DNA of 64,000 nucleotides from Harriotta raleighana (taxonomy: Eukaryota): NCBI GenBank assembly GCA_050575255.1, contig JBNZDD010013686.1, forward strand, positions 5,173,794 to 5,237,793, read 5' to 3'. The first letter of the stretch is position 1. Every line of letters starts with the position of its first letter. The notes beneath the pieces were generated by a model, which saw only the letters and a list, made by a program, of their open reading frames with translations, was not told where the DNA came from and made no database searches. Position numbers and translations under genes: made by a program. Shown here in pieces: positions 1 through 13,640 of the stretch.

Positions 1-1121
1 TTTGATGTTCCTAGATAGTCACTTTCCAACAGCATCACCAGCATTGTTTTATGTATATAACAAAGTTGTATTCAGGAAAATGTAGTATTGTAAAAATGAA
101 TAGCATACGGCAGTGACAGCCAACCTTTTTGGTTGGCCAACAAAATAATCATAGGAATAACAAAATAGCATAGATTTATGCCCTAAATCAACCAACAAAT
201 TTTCAATCAAGAAACATTTATTTTGTTGGTTAACCAAAAAGGTTGGCCCAAAACATTGGTCACAACCGACATAAGGTATAAATAGACATTCCATGAACCT
301 GATTTTGTTTGTTGTTAACCTTCCACTTAAAACATGTATGTGAATGCTGGAATCACTGATACCATTTCTACAGCTATCAGTCAATATGTATTTAAACTCT
401 GTTTTGGTAATAAAATCACTGCTTCCTTGTCAAAACAGCCATCCTGAAATAGAGTAGGGCAAGGAAAGTTAGATTATGCTGCTGACCACCAGCATTCATT
501 GCGCCTCAGGCAGTGTGCATTTCAGAGACAGATGCGATAGTTTCCTACCGTGGGTTACTCTATCAGATCTGAGACAATAAAGTAAGGCAGGATGAACTAG
601 ATTCAACATGCATTACTGTTATCTTTCTCCATCAAATCAATCAATATGAAAGCTATTTTCATAAGTAGCATCATCAGCAGAGTTGCAAAACATCTGACAG
701 AATTTTGCACCTTACATCACATTATAGATTTTTCTACAAATGTGCTACTCCATAAAATAATTATTCCAATAATTTTACACCAGTCTACCATTCATCAAAG
801 GTCACCGCAAATTGTCATCACCTCATCCTAACCCAGCAGTGTATTTTTGCCAGCAAAGAAAGGACTATATTTCTTTCTTTATAGAAAGGAACCCAGTTAA
901 AGCATCCTAATGTAAGGCATAGACTCGCTTTTATACACCATGGGTTCCCACACTAAAATATGCCTGAGTTATCAGGTCATTGCCGACATCAGTTTGCAAA
1001 CAACTTATAAGTTAAGACATTGTTTTATGTCTCGCTAATAATACAGTCGTTAAGAGATACTGGATCCAGCTACTATAACCTTCAAATCAAATCTGCATAA
1101 TGGTATTTTTCAAATTCTTAC

Positions 1122-1328
1122 CATTGCAAATTTGTGACCAAAACTTATCCACTCCTTTTCAATAAGGACTTCAAAACCTCTTATTGTTCGGTAGTAGCTG
1201 TCTAGCATCAGCATCGCAAGTGATGTAAGTTGTGCAGTACGATCCCAACCGTCACTGCAATGCACTAAAACAGAATTTTTCCCAGATGAAACCTTGTCCG
1301 CGACTTGAATTGCTCCCGTCAGAACAAA
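1122..1328 (-). CDS. MTM1: Myotubularin coding exon (equivalent to human exon 11) with the catalytic PTP loop
   Basis: 207 nt, AG/GT bounded; [77 protein letters not shown] is the CX5R motif of active myotubularins. [14 protein letters not shown] and HKFA are MTM1-type rather than MTMR2-type. The gene continues beyond base 1. Confidence 0.96.
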
Positions 1329-1732
1329 CTATAAAATAGGAAAAGGTATGTCATGCATTTTCACTAAAACTTCAAACACCTATGACTGTTATTTAAAATG
1401 TTTGAGTTAACTTAAAAGAGGCTTGATGCCATTCAGAAGTTTCAAAGTTATTAAATAAAATCTTGTCTCAAATTTCAAAGCTTGCACACATTTTCGCCCA
1501 GCTACAACTAATTACAAACTTCAACTTTAATTTTGTCATGTGATTAGAACCAGACATTTGATAAAAGCTCAAGAGATATAATTAGATGCCTTTCAATCTT
1601 GAAGTCAAAAGTTCACCATCCTTCTGGGACATTTATTTTATTTCTGCAGTGACCAACACTACCCATAAAAGCATGGTATAAATAAACTCATTATTCCTTC
1701 CACATAATCAGTAGATTCATAACACTTCTTAC

Positions 1733-1918
1733 CTTAATATGTTCTAACCAATGTGTTGATTCGAGACTGGAAAGCCAATGGGATTCTTCCACAGTAGGAT
1801 AAACAATATCTTTTAATTTCCTCAGTGATTCCCTCATGACGTGAATATTATGAATATCAAGGAAGACAAGTTCAGCTTTTTGGTAGGCATCATCACCTTC
1901 ATAACCTCCCCCAGTCGC
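1733..1918 (-). CDS. MTM1: Myotubularin coding exon (exon 10 equivalent)
   Basis: 186 nt, cag/gtaag; [62 protein letters not shown]. Confidence 0.96.
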
Positions 1919-2030
1919 CTGCAAAAAAAAAAGAAAAACACTTACTATACAAGATGGCAAAAACGCACACTCTTGTAATCTATAATAGATTCTATATTTT
2001 CTCTTTTCTTTGGTTGGTAAGATTACAAAC

Positions 2031-2219
2031 CTTATTTGCCACTGCGTTGACACTCGGTCTTGCATCAAAGATGGTTAATTTCTGGGTCTGGCCATTGGAT
2101 TCTCTGATAATATCAAGGTATTTTTCATCATCTTTATTGCGTTTGCCACTCATGCCAACCAGTGGCTGACTGCAGCGAATAATAACTGCCTGATTTTCCG
2201 GATTTATCCAGGATAACAC
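2031..2219 (-). CDS. MTM1: Myotubularin coding exon (exon 9 equivalent)
   Basis: 189 nt; [63 protein letters not shown]. Confidence 0.96.
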
Positions 2220-2653
2220 CTTTAAAACAAGTTAAAATAAAGTCAGCAATTTTATAGACACAAGTATATCTGAACAATGTTTTGCATCATAGANCAGAAA
2301 ATAACTTACCCCCATAGAATGCAACCAGTCTCTGAACTCTAGTTAACTCGTTACATCAGGTATTGCANTAGAAAATGCAACCAGTCTCTGAACTCTAGTT
2401 AACTCGTTACATCAGGTATTGCAATTAGTACCATTTAATAAGGTCAATCAAAAGTAATCTGTGGGGATTAGTACCTGGATCACACATTTTAATAACAGAA
2501 CCTAACAAAGATTACTTTTTTAAAAGATTAATATAAAGTTTGCTTACAATATCAAACACATTTTCTCATGGTTTTGAAAGAAGATTTGCAGTTTGAAAGA
2601 CAAATAAACTCATTATGAGACATTACTAATATGGATATTTTAATTCCACTGAC

Positions 2654-2809
2654 CGGCAGTCGGGCTTTCGATCTGAAAGCTGACACTTTGCGCAGATCAT
2701 CATTATTGACACTGGTTGGAACCACAAATAATGGTGGATAAGTGTCACACAGCTCATACTTGTGGTTTATGTTGGTGATTTTCCATTTACATTTTTCTTT
2801 GAATAACCC
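2654..2809 (-). CDS. MTM1: Myotubularin coding exon (exon 8 equivalent)
   Basis: 156 nt, tag/gtcagt; [52 protein letters not shown]. Confidence 0.93.
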
Positions 2810-4102
2810 CTACCAGAGTAAAATATAAACAGTTTAAAGAGAAGCAATCATGAAAGGCTAAAAGCAGTGTTTTCGTTTTTTTAAATTGAATAGAAAATGA
2901 ACAAGAGGGATGAACAATTGTTCCTTCACGTCATGTACAATAAAGAATACAGTTCAATATTTAAAAACTAAATAATTTGTTCTGAAATGCACGGTGACAA
3001 AAATGCTTGAAACAAGTACTGCATAGAGCTGATGTGGAAATCAATTTGAGAAAAAAAAACCTTCTCTCCCACTTTCATAGTCATCGCACAAATAGAATAA
3101 ATGGCTTAGTTAATTTCAATTCATTACTTGAATTAAGAAAACATCCAACCAGCTTGAAATATATTGGACTGGACAAAAATAGCACACAAAAAATATTTGG
3201 AGCTATACTATAATTTACAAGCCAAGTGTATTACAGTATTTGGAAATGTAAAGGAAACTCAAGTGTAGTTACTTCAGCTAGCCACACGAGAATGCTAAAA
3301 CACCAGGATTGTGCCTTCTGAAACTTTAATTTAATAGGGGAAGTAAATCCAGGGCGAGTACTTTCACTCAGATAATAGCTACTAAACATCTCTTCCACAT
3401 ATACACAGGAACATTCAATTTTTCTACATTGTTTCAGACTCACTTCCTCTCTTCTATCCCTGTTCCAGTGGTGCACATTATTGAAAAACTACATAATTTA
3501 ATGGGATTTTTGGAAGTTGTTGACAAGTTTACTACCTAAAATAGGAGAATAGGATATATTTTCAATGCATAGAACACCTACTTCATATTGGATGTAAATC
3601 ATCCTTTTTAAATTGCATTTTTAAATTCATATATGCAATTCACCAATTCAGCTTAAATTATATTTTTGGCGATATTCAAATGATCTTCTGTCACTCTGAC
3701 AGAGATTCAAACCACCACAGTCAACTGGGTTAATGAAAATTAAGACTATACCAGCAATTGACTTGATAGAAATAAAGCAGTGAGGATGATGAATAATTTA
3801 GTGAAATTAAGGTAATCTTGATAAACAGATATAAACTATAAAACACAGCCAACCTTGAGGTATTTGTCACACCACTCACACGAAGTAATGAAAATAATTT
3901 CATTCATGTGGCATCATAATGATGAAATTATTATAAACTTGATAAAAAGACAACTTTGTAATGTTACTGAATATCATCTTGCAAAACATGCTTGTTTGCT
4001 GAAAGATAGAAAAGAATTACAAGCAGTATAACAAGTATTACAGAACACAAGATAAATACGGGGGGAGGAGAACCAATCATCTCAATCCATAAGATAACTC
4101 AC

Positions 4103-4186
4103 CTGCCTCTTAAATTCATCAATTGGATCATAAACTTTCCAACCATCTTCATAATATTGCTCCCTATTTTCAAATGCAAAAAATTG
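4103..4186 (-). CDS. MTM1: Myotubularin coding exon (exon 7 equivalent)
   Basis: 84 nt, cag/gtgagt; QFFAFENREQYYEDGWKVYDPIDEFKRQ. Confidence 0.93.
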
Positions 4187-6180
4187 CTGCAAGAAGCACA
4201 AAAGTAATGATTGAAACTAAATATGAATATTGTGCTCTTTTTTAAACAAGTGGCAGAGCAATTGTGGCATTTTCTAATGGGAAAATTCTCAAACCTGCTG
4301 GTCAAAAGCACAAAATATATGAAAAAACTTAACATTTAAGTTTTTTAACTAACAGTTTTTATTATGTCAACATGCATTGGAACACGCTCAGCATTTGAAG
4401 CATTCTAATTGAAGGAAGAAAAACATAGGTGACACCATCCTCCGCTTAACTTTCATCTCAAATAGTTTCAATTGGACTTTGGCCTGGGCTGATTTAGTGG
4501 AAATATGTGTGTGGTGGGGGTTTGAAACACAATTGGCTAATAATCTCCACGCCCATTTCTACATGTGGGAACAAATAAAAAATGTTGTTCCTCTAGATTT
4601 TTTATTTTCAGCTTCTTACTTATAGTATTGTACAATGAACCAAGTCTGAGGCAAGGCCAGTTGGAATAGGTTGGGAGGTAATTACATTAATGTAACACCA
4701 TAACTTACTATGTGATCTTCCAGTGCCGATACTAATATGATAACTACAAAACTCAGAATTAAATCAAAACCAACCAAAAATAGAAACTAAATCACTTTAC
4801 ATAGCATCAGTCAGAGTAGTAGATCAACCCCAGATGATAATGTACAATCCAAATTTTAAAGATTAGTACATTATGAAAGTGCTGTTTCACATAAGATTCT
4901 CCAATGGAATGAGTAGAAGCTAAACAGGATTTAATTTCAAAGTTTGCCATCAACATAAAAAATATGGCGAGTGTAAAATCTGAACAGTTTATGGAGAAAA
5001 CATTGTCCTGAAGTCAGCCCTTAACCTGCTGTTAAGCACAGGCTTTATGGCAATATTCTAATCCAATTTTCTGCCTAGATGATATTATGTTCCTACAGCA
5101 TTAATTAAGGAACCGATTGAGTTTAAGAATTTGGCATCTTTCCCCTACCCCCAATAAATAATCTAAATTCAAATTTAAATTTTTAAAACAGATAGATATT
5201 AAATCAAAAATATTAACCAAATAGGATCTTAAAAAATCAGCTCCTGGGATTAGGAACTATGTAGGAATTCTGTATTTTTACAAAAAGCAAGGATTATTAA
5301 AACATCTGTATAGCTTTGTAACCAGCCTGGAATTGTCACGGTGAAGACGTTGCTACATAACACCGGAGGAGAAATTATTTTTTATTACAGAATTATCAGT
5401 GATACAGAAGGTGAGGAAATCGTATATGGTTGTGTCACAATAAATTTTAAGGATTGGTCCAAAGAATGCCAATTTGGTAATTAAGACTGACCTTTGAATA
5501 ACTTTGTGAAAATTTGTTTTTATATAATGAGAAACATATTAGGGAGTGAAGCAGAGAGACATTCTGCCGTAATTTTCCTCGGAAATGGGATAAAATTCAC
5601 ATTACGGTAGATGCACTAGAAGCAGATTTGGAATTCCAATATTTGTTTCATTGTATTTTTATATTCTTATTCCATCCAGTTCTCTTCTATGAATAGCTTT
5701 ACTCACACCATACTTCAACTCAGAAAATAGCATTTTTCCCAGCAGATTTAAAAACTATGTCTGGATACTGCAGTACTCCACTGCACATGGTTACCATTTG
5801 GTTTAATAGCAGTTCTGCTTTCCTGAAGGTCAAAACTGTAAAGAAAATGCTTTTAAAAACTTGTCAATCTGAATCTTTTGGGTCAGTCACAAATCTCCCA
5901 GATAATGATTAGGCAATTGCTTTACATTTTGATTTTCCTGTTATTCACAATTACACAGTATATTGTTCTATATAAAATACGCAACTAAAAATGCATGGAC
6001 ATCATAACATTTATTTACTCTAACCCCAATTTTGGGATTAGAGGAGCCAGATAATGCAAGGTACTGCAGGAGGAATTAAAAATAATGTTTTCCCATTGAC
6101 TGGACAGAAGTTATCACACAGGAAGTAAAAAGAGATGTAGAAATTAGCTGCTCAACAGAGCCAAACATCGTGAAGCAGAA

Positions 6181-6477
6181 ATAATAATCCTTTTCTTTTG
6201 ATATAGCGCTTTTCACATCTTCTAGATGCCTCAAAGCGCTTCACAGAATATACTCCAAAGGAAATTGACTGTCTATTTTGTGGGCAAAACGCAGCAGCCA
6301 ATGGCACACAACAGTGATTGAAATGACCAATTTATTAACATTTATTTCTTGAGGGATTACTATTATCAGGCGTGTGGATTAAGGAAACTTGCCCAAGGTT
6401 TCACCCTGCCTGGAATCGATCCCAGGGCTCTCGGATGCAAGGCAACTGCTGTAACCACTGAGCTACAGAACTCCACA
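6181..6477 (-). mobile_element. tRNA-derived SINE (family A), near full length
   Basis: Reverse complement of tgtggag...tagctcagtgg (A box)...tcgattcc (B box)...cttgggcaag...stem-loop tail and (ATT)n; matches many copies in the window. Confidence 0.9.
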
Positions 6478-7300
6478 AACAAGGCAAAGAAGAAGTTGGG
6501 CTATATTGCCAAATGGGTAGAGTTCAGATTGTGTTCAGTATTGTTTGGTATGATTGTCTGTTACTGAGGCTGGCCAGGACAGCAGTAAAGATGATACTGT
6601 TAAGAGTGTTAGAGAAAGTAGCAATCAGGAGATGTTATTGAGGAGTATAGGATAATAAATTGAACTGAGAAAGAAACATCAGAACAACAATTTCAGATAT
6701 CACACCCGGTACCAGATCAAAAAGGATACAAAATCAGGATTGTGTTGATCAACATCAAATAGTGAAGTGACCCCATTGGAAAGCAACTTATTATGCACAA
6801 GTTCATTTACATCAAGCGATGGGTGTACTATAGGGCATTGGGATGTCCTCCCACCATGAAAGGTGCTCTCCAAATGGAATTTTGTTGTTGTTGTTCCAGC
6901 TCTGACTTTCTGTACGGTAGTCAGCCTTGACCACTGTCACAGGGATTTCTCGCACTCATGGGACCAGTAGGTGTCAGAAGGAACAGGAATGGTGACCATG
7001 ATGATGACCCAAAAGAGGAATTGTCAGCCATATTTATATTGCGGATCTATTACAAACAAAATCTAACTTTATGTACCCAGAACACTGGGTTGAATTGCAT
7101 AAGGCCAATAGCAGGAAGTATTTCTTGATGCAGAGGGTAATCAAAGTTCTAATGGGTTAGTAGGAAGATTGGTAGAGGCCAGGACATCTGATTAAATAAA
7201 AGGAAACAATATGATGCTGCAATGGGAAAAGGGCAGAGTGGGTTTTTTGAAAGGGTAAGGAGCAAATGGGCTAAAGCACTGCACTTCACCAAAACCATTC
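6478..7300 (+). mobile_element. Fragmented CR1-like LINE 3' region
   Basis: NKAKKKLGYIAKWVEF (6478-6530) and RKYFLMQRVI (7110-7150) resemble CR1 ORF2 C-terminal motifs; interrupted by other inserts, including an L2 tail at 6830-6895. Confidence 0.55.
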
Positions 7301-10071
7301 TTTTGATTTAACTAAATGGTAGAAGAAAAAACACCTACAATTAAAATATGATTTACATTGTAAATGTAACTATATCTTTAAACTCCGAGTGTTCCATTTC
7401 TAGTGATTCTCCCTCTGAAAAAAAGTGCCCCATCCAAAATAATCATTTCCAAGGCTAAAGTAACAATGGCCATTATATTACAGTGGCATGCTATATTTTG
7501 TTGCTATAATAAATTTGTGCCCATGAAATATGTCAACATACAGTAAAAAGTCAATTTGAATACCTACAGAAAAAAAATCTTGAGTTTATTAATGCATTAT
7601 TTAGTACCTTTCTATTAATACTTATTTTGGCAATTCATTGTGCTGTTCAGAACAAAAATCACACTTCTCCCGTTAAAGTTTACAGGCGCAAACATTAGGG
7701 AAAAATGTGTAGACAAGTGCATCAGAACTCATGTCAAATTCTCAAACCATGTGTAAATTCAAACCAGATTTTTGCTATTCTGCTGGCCTAGTCACTCTGA
7801 AGCCAGCTATACACAGCGGGAGAATGGCAAAACAAAAGGCAGCATTGATAGAACACCTGCAAGCAGGGCTGCAGCAGTTACAATGACTTCTTCTGTTTCT
7901 TGTTCATGGCACTGATACCTCCACTATATAATGAATCATTAAGCTGCCAACCAACAGAACAGCTTTAGCTCTCATTCTGGAAAATTATAACTTACAAAGT
8001 CAGAGCTTGGCAAGAAAGGAAATGTCCTAGTTTCCCATGTGTCACAGTAATTTCTACCTCTAAAAAAACAATTTATAAACCCATTTTCACTAATTGTTCA
8101 TTTTGTTATATGTTCATATCCATAAAGATTAATCATTTCTTTTAGCATCTTATTCAAGAGACTGCTGAACAACACAGTAAATGAATCATAGGTTTACAGC
8201 ATAGAATGAGGTCTCTAGGCCAGTATGGGCTGACACTATTGAGATGACTATTTGATCGTTATAATAATCCTTGCAACAGTGCCATATCACGTCATTGAGA
8301 CGTCTCAAAGTGTTTCACAGGATATTCAGCGAAGTGGATTGACTGTATTTTTTTGGTCAGGTAAAGCCCTGCATTCACTCTGCTGTATTCTTCAGTTATT
8401 TTTCCTCACATATTTGCTTTCAAATGCCATTATCCACTTAGCTTCAACATTTATGATGATAGGGTATCACATTCTAACAACTATCTGTGATAAAAGAAAA
8501 TTCTAACCTCTCCCTTTTTTGTTCTGATAACAATCAATTTATACCTTGTGCTACTGACTCACAAGTAAGTGGAAATAGTTTAGATACTCCCCTCCTTTAT
8601 CTCTCTCTACTCAGGTGCCATTTTTTTCAATTCTCTTCACACTATGTCCCTTGCATCACCCCAATGAATCTCCACTCCACGACTGATGCCCTTCAGAGGC
8701 CTTTATGAAGTCCCAACTTAGAGACACAAAGAGGAAGTGCTGAAAAAAAATTGCGCTTGTAGAGAATAGGATTCCATACTGGGACCAAAAGCTTTGTGGG
8801 GCTTTCATAAATCATTAGATCAAGGGATGTAATCCAAAGAAATTCCCACAGACAGATTAAAACCAGATACAGCTACTGCATATGACTTCCATCTAGTAGA
8901 TCTCATGGGTAGTGGTGGTCCTCGACTAAATAACAAAACAGAAGATTTATGATCTTCAAAGGCTAGGTCTCTGAGCCAAAATGTATAAACCAGTTCAGTT
9001 CTCTCAGTGGAATTTAAAAAATTCAAGAGTATTATTCTGTATGAACTGAAGATTCATTCCTTGCGAGGCCAGTGAGGCTGTAGAGGCAATCCACCATGTT
9101 TGACAGGAATCAGGGCCATGCCTCCAGGAGGGAAAAGAGGTCATACAATCAGAGTTTCCATGGCCAGTTTGGTGCAATTAACATCAAACTGGTCTTGTCA
9201 CTTCTGATCAACGCCATGAACTTGGGGACCAGAAGGATTGAGATAAGTATGTACGCAGGAAATTCCTCCGCTGGAGGAAGGAAATATCAATCAGTAACAG
9301 AGCATTGTACTTCTAATTTTTGAAGAAAACAGCAGCAAATTTCCATTCTTGTTAGTCCACCTAAACATGCTCTAATTTTTTTTTGAATTTCCAGACTGCA
9401 AAGAAGGCTTTCAATTTGACAGACAATTTGTCATACAAGCAAAAATAGCTGTAGATTGATGCCTAAATGTGGACTTGCATGTAACGCATAAGGAAACTCA
9501 CAGGATTCTTCCTTGAATTCTATTAAAGGCACAGACATTTTTCAAATATTTCCTGGTTGAGCCATATGAAATACAACAAATAAAGCTGGACATGCAAGCT
9601 TTTGTGTTTGTAAAAGTACACTATAGCCTATCACAACTAAAGTGTTACTGCGTGATGTAATATTTTCAGTGAGGAGGGAGATATATTGATGCCCAACAAG
9701 CAAGTAAGATCAAAATCAAACTGAGTGGCAAGGCATATTTTTAAGACATGTAAAGACATTTAATTACTATTTATATTTAAAAGCATGTATTTAGAAAAAA
9801 CAATGTTGCAATAACAATTGCAAGATTCACAGGATGACACTAACAACTATGTTCTCAAGATAATGTTGGGAACGGCACTTGATGCACTAAACTCAACCCA
9901 TTACCTAGAGAATGTATCTGTTTATAGAAATGGTGATAGGCAAAAGTATATGTGTGATTCCGTGACTAAGTAAACATGCTGTGTTATGCAGTGCAAACAT
10001 GTATAGAATAATTAAATTTTTGCTTTAGACTTCCATATGAATTATACAACATAGTTTCTAGAATCAGTATA

Positions 10072-10385
10072 CAGTAAAACCCCGTTTATCCATGACTCGA
10101 TGAACCGGAAAACCAGTTGAACCGGAACCTCGAAGAAAAGTCCTGATTCGATAAACTGGTAGTTATCCAGCAGAATAGTGATGAATAGTGAATAGGGATG
10201 ATTTAATGAATCTATTGTCGCACGCAAGTACTGGTGCAATAAATACTCATACAATACTGTTATTATCTGTTATTATTTAGTCTATTATTAATATGGTATG
10301 TGGTAAAATAATGTAATTTTTTTTTTAAAAACGTTCAACCGGAAAACTATTTAACTGCCACTGGCCAGGTCCCGGGGTCTTACTG
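10072..10385. mobile_element. Non-autonomous Tc1/mariner (Tigger/pogo-like) MITE
   Basis: TA|CAGTAAAACCCC ... GGGGTCTTACTG|TA: terminal inverted repeats with TA target duplication, internal AACCGGAA repeats, no ORF. Confidence 0.85.
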
Positions 10386-12658
10386 TATAACATTTTTAAA
10401 GTAGCATATTAGGCTCAGTCTACTGGCTAACAAATCTAATACCTGGATTAAAGGAAGCTGTCCAATAATTTTTTAATATGTTGAAAATTATGTTTATTCA
10501 TTAAATTATAAATATTAAATACTATAAATCCATTTATTAAAATTTCTAATAAGCTAACAGGATATGAATTGATACTATTTAAGCATACATTTTGCAGCCT
10601 TCTTAAACTAAATAATTTACCAAACATTATATTCTGAAAACTGAAAATCATGTAAACAATGGGTTTATCTGTTTGATAGATTAGCAACTGTAGTATTTCT
10701 GCCCACAATGAAATCTTTGGCCTTTCCTGATATTACCTTTGCCTTGTTGTGAAAATGCCAATTCATTACCGGTTACTGCACAATGTTTTCAGACACTGAA
10801 CAAGTCCATGGAAAAAAATTGAACAGTTTTAAATTATCCCAAAGTTTTCAGAATACTGTACTTTAATCTGTATTTTGCTAATTTTCTGAAAGAATGTGAA
10901 TAAACCTCTGTAGAATCTAACTATTGCACAAACTGCATTTGCAAGCACCTCTAGACATATTGCCTGTACTTAATGTACCGTGAAAGTATTTGCTTTAAGA
11001 CTAATTATTAACCAAGTGATTCACTGTAACAAAGTTTTTGCAGAAGCCATGTCAAACTGGAAATCTGGAAAAATTTGCTCCTGAAAATTCTTTACAGTAT
11101 GCATTTACAATTATTCAAAAAGTCAGCCTACAATCAGAATAAGAAACCTAAAGCTTTAACCTAAAAAGTCTAATTTTCATAACCGTAGCATTTTTCAAAC
11201 GTTTGTTGGTTACTTTTTACACATACTCTCCATTACCTAGTTATTCTATGGACCTCCCTCGGTGGTAACAATAATGATTATCCTTGCATATGACACGTTG
11301 ACACATTTCAAAACGCTTTGCGGGTAATTGCTGACAAGTGTAGTAATAACAATGCATTTATAAGCAAACATGTACAAGGGAAGTGCCATAAGCGGTCATG
11401 ATATGAATGGCGAATTTATCCAGAGGATGGTTGGACAGGACACCCAGAGAAACTACCTTCACTTTTTAAATAGCGGCACAGGATCTTTAGCATCCACCTT
11501 AACAGGTGGAAAAATGTAAACATTAAAATACAACAACACTGGCAATGAGATATTTAACAAGAAAATTACTCCTTTTTTTTAAAGTGGGGATTCTACAAGA
11601 CAATTCTTTTTATTTGCCAAGCTAGCTTACTCCATGACATGATTAAACACAAGGCGTTTACATTCTCAAGCAGCACTGACATTGCTGACACATCAACATG
11701 TCTAAATCTTACTGCCTGGTGTAAGAAAATCTGAAATTAGACTACCTCTTATACTAAATAAGCCTCTATACAAAAGCCACTAAATGGTTACATTATTTAA
11801 ACACTGTGGAGAAAGGTGCTTTTCAGTCAGAACCCTGTATTGATTTATTAATCTATCATTCGACCTTATTTAGATAATGATGCCAAGTATGGCACTCAAG
11901 TCTAACCTTTAAGAATGAAAAGAAGTTGCTCTATTCAGAAGGAGCAAGGTTAATAATAGACAAGAACATGGATTTCAAGAGGGCATTGCACACTTACAGG
12001 CACCAGCTGATAGAGGTAAAAATTTATGTGAGATAAGCCTCAGTCAGAAGCTAAAGAACATGTTAGATATTTTGCGAAATTATCCTAATATAAGGAAATA
12101 ATAATTTTCCATTCAACCAACCTTAAAAGATTAGGTAGTAAAATGAAATAAAAGTAATTGGAGCCGAGTATTGCTAGCTATATGTGACTGGTAATTATTA
12201 CCATAGTGATAGATGCAGTCAAGACAGTTGATAACAGTAATAGATAATAGATACTCTCAATACCAAAAATATCTGAGTTAAGTAGGGAACCGATATTTCA
12301 ATGGCAGCTGTGAGCATCTTTACATCCAACCATTGCAATTCACAACGACTAAGATATTACACCTTGTTGTTTTCATCCCATGGTCACAATACATTAACAT
12401 ATTTAATCATTATTGAAATGGAAACAAAACTAAATCAGACTACTACAAATACTACAAGTTTCATCCAGAATTGGACAGCTTTCATCCAGATTTGGACAGA
12501 ACTGCAAAAATGTTCAACAATAGAATTTTCATTTTCTGATTCAACTTATTTCGCAAGTACCATCAACAAATTTAAATGTATTGGGTTTTTCTATTTAAGT
12601 TTAATTAATCTTACAGTATGTTTATTAGCAAAGGTTACGAACAATGGCATTCTCTTAC

Positions 12659-12760
12659 CAGGCCACTTGAAATAGGAAATGCATGTTTTGTTAGATTTTC
12701 GAACATGGACTTTCTGCTCCGGCCTTCCTGTTTCAGAGCAAACCTTAGGTTTCTCATATC
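12659..12760 (-). CDS. MTM1: Myotubularin coding exon (exon 6 equivalent, end of PH-GRAM)
   Basis: 102 nt, cag/gtaaga; [34 protein letters not shown]. Confidence 0.95.
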
Positions 12761-13065
12761 CTGCGAACAATACACAAAAAAAACTACAAATAATCAGAGA
12801 AATATCCTTATTAAAACACCAATGAGTATACTAAAAAATTTATGCTTTTTTGCATGATCCTGAAAGACACAAAACCCAGGCTTTGCTGGAAAAACTCGCT
12901 TATCATGACTAATTTGATTACCAAACATGTTGTAATGTCATAAATGATGATGCAAGGATTGAAATCAACACTGGTTAGCAAAACAGGAAGGCAATCATTT
13001 CACCATTGCAACCATGGATTAATATTAATGCAATCCAGAGCTTCTATATCCTGCATTACCAATTA

Positions 13066-13640
13066 CAACAATAAAATTACATTTATACATGTAATTTTTC
13101 ACGTTGGGAGGACGTCCCAAGGAGATGAACAGTTGGGATTATGATCTAAGCGTGGGGTTCGAATGAGCGAAGGCAGAGAAATAGGAGGGCAGCTGAAGGC
13201 ATAGTCAAAAGGGAGTTTTGAGGTGTGGCTTGAAGGAGGCAAGAGAAGGAGCAAGGCAATGCAATTGTGGGATGCAGTTCCAAAGGGTGGGGGCAGAGAG
13301 GCAGAAAGTCTGGCCACCGATGGTAGGGAGGGGATATGGAGTAGGCTGAAGACAGATGAACGGAATGAGAGGACAGGTTCATAGGGAGTCAGAGGTTCAG
13401 AGATGTAAGAGTTTCGGAGGGATGAAGCAGTGGCAGAGTCAAGCAATGTTATGGAGGTGGGGAAGACAGAGCAAGTCATAGCATGGATATGGGGAAAGAA
13501 AGACAGTTGAGGGTCAAACAAGATGCCCAGATTTCTGATTGGCTTGTTGAACTAGAGTGTGCAACTGTGGACGCTGATCCTGCCAGTACCTGAGGTGCGG
13601 AGCCGCTGGCGCAAGCCAACCAGAAGGGCCTCGGTCTTAC
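13066..13640 (-). mobile_element. L2-clade LINE 3' fragment (degenerate RT C-terminus plus tail)
   Basis: Translates KTEALLVG...NLGILFDPQLSFFPHI; ends in ccttgggacgtcctcccaacgtgaaa...ttattgttg tail. Confidence 0.85.

Noticed and set aside
2315-2423. 52-nt direct duplication
   Set aside because: The copies are joined at an N (2368); assembly artefact. The same pattern occurs at 19043-19290 (N at 19103) and 52435-52585 (N at 52510).
3915-3972. ATGATGA...CTGA box C/D-like pair
   Set aside because: Antisense to the host gene, with no terminal stem or recognisable guide.
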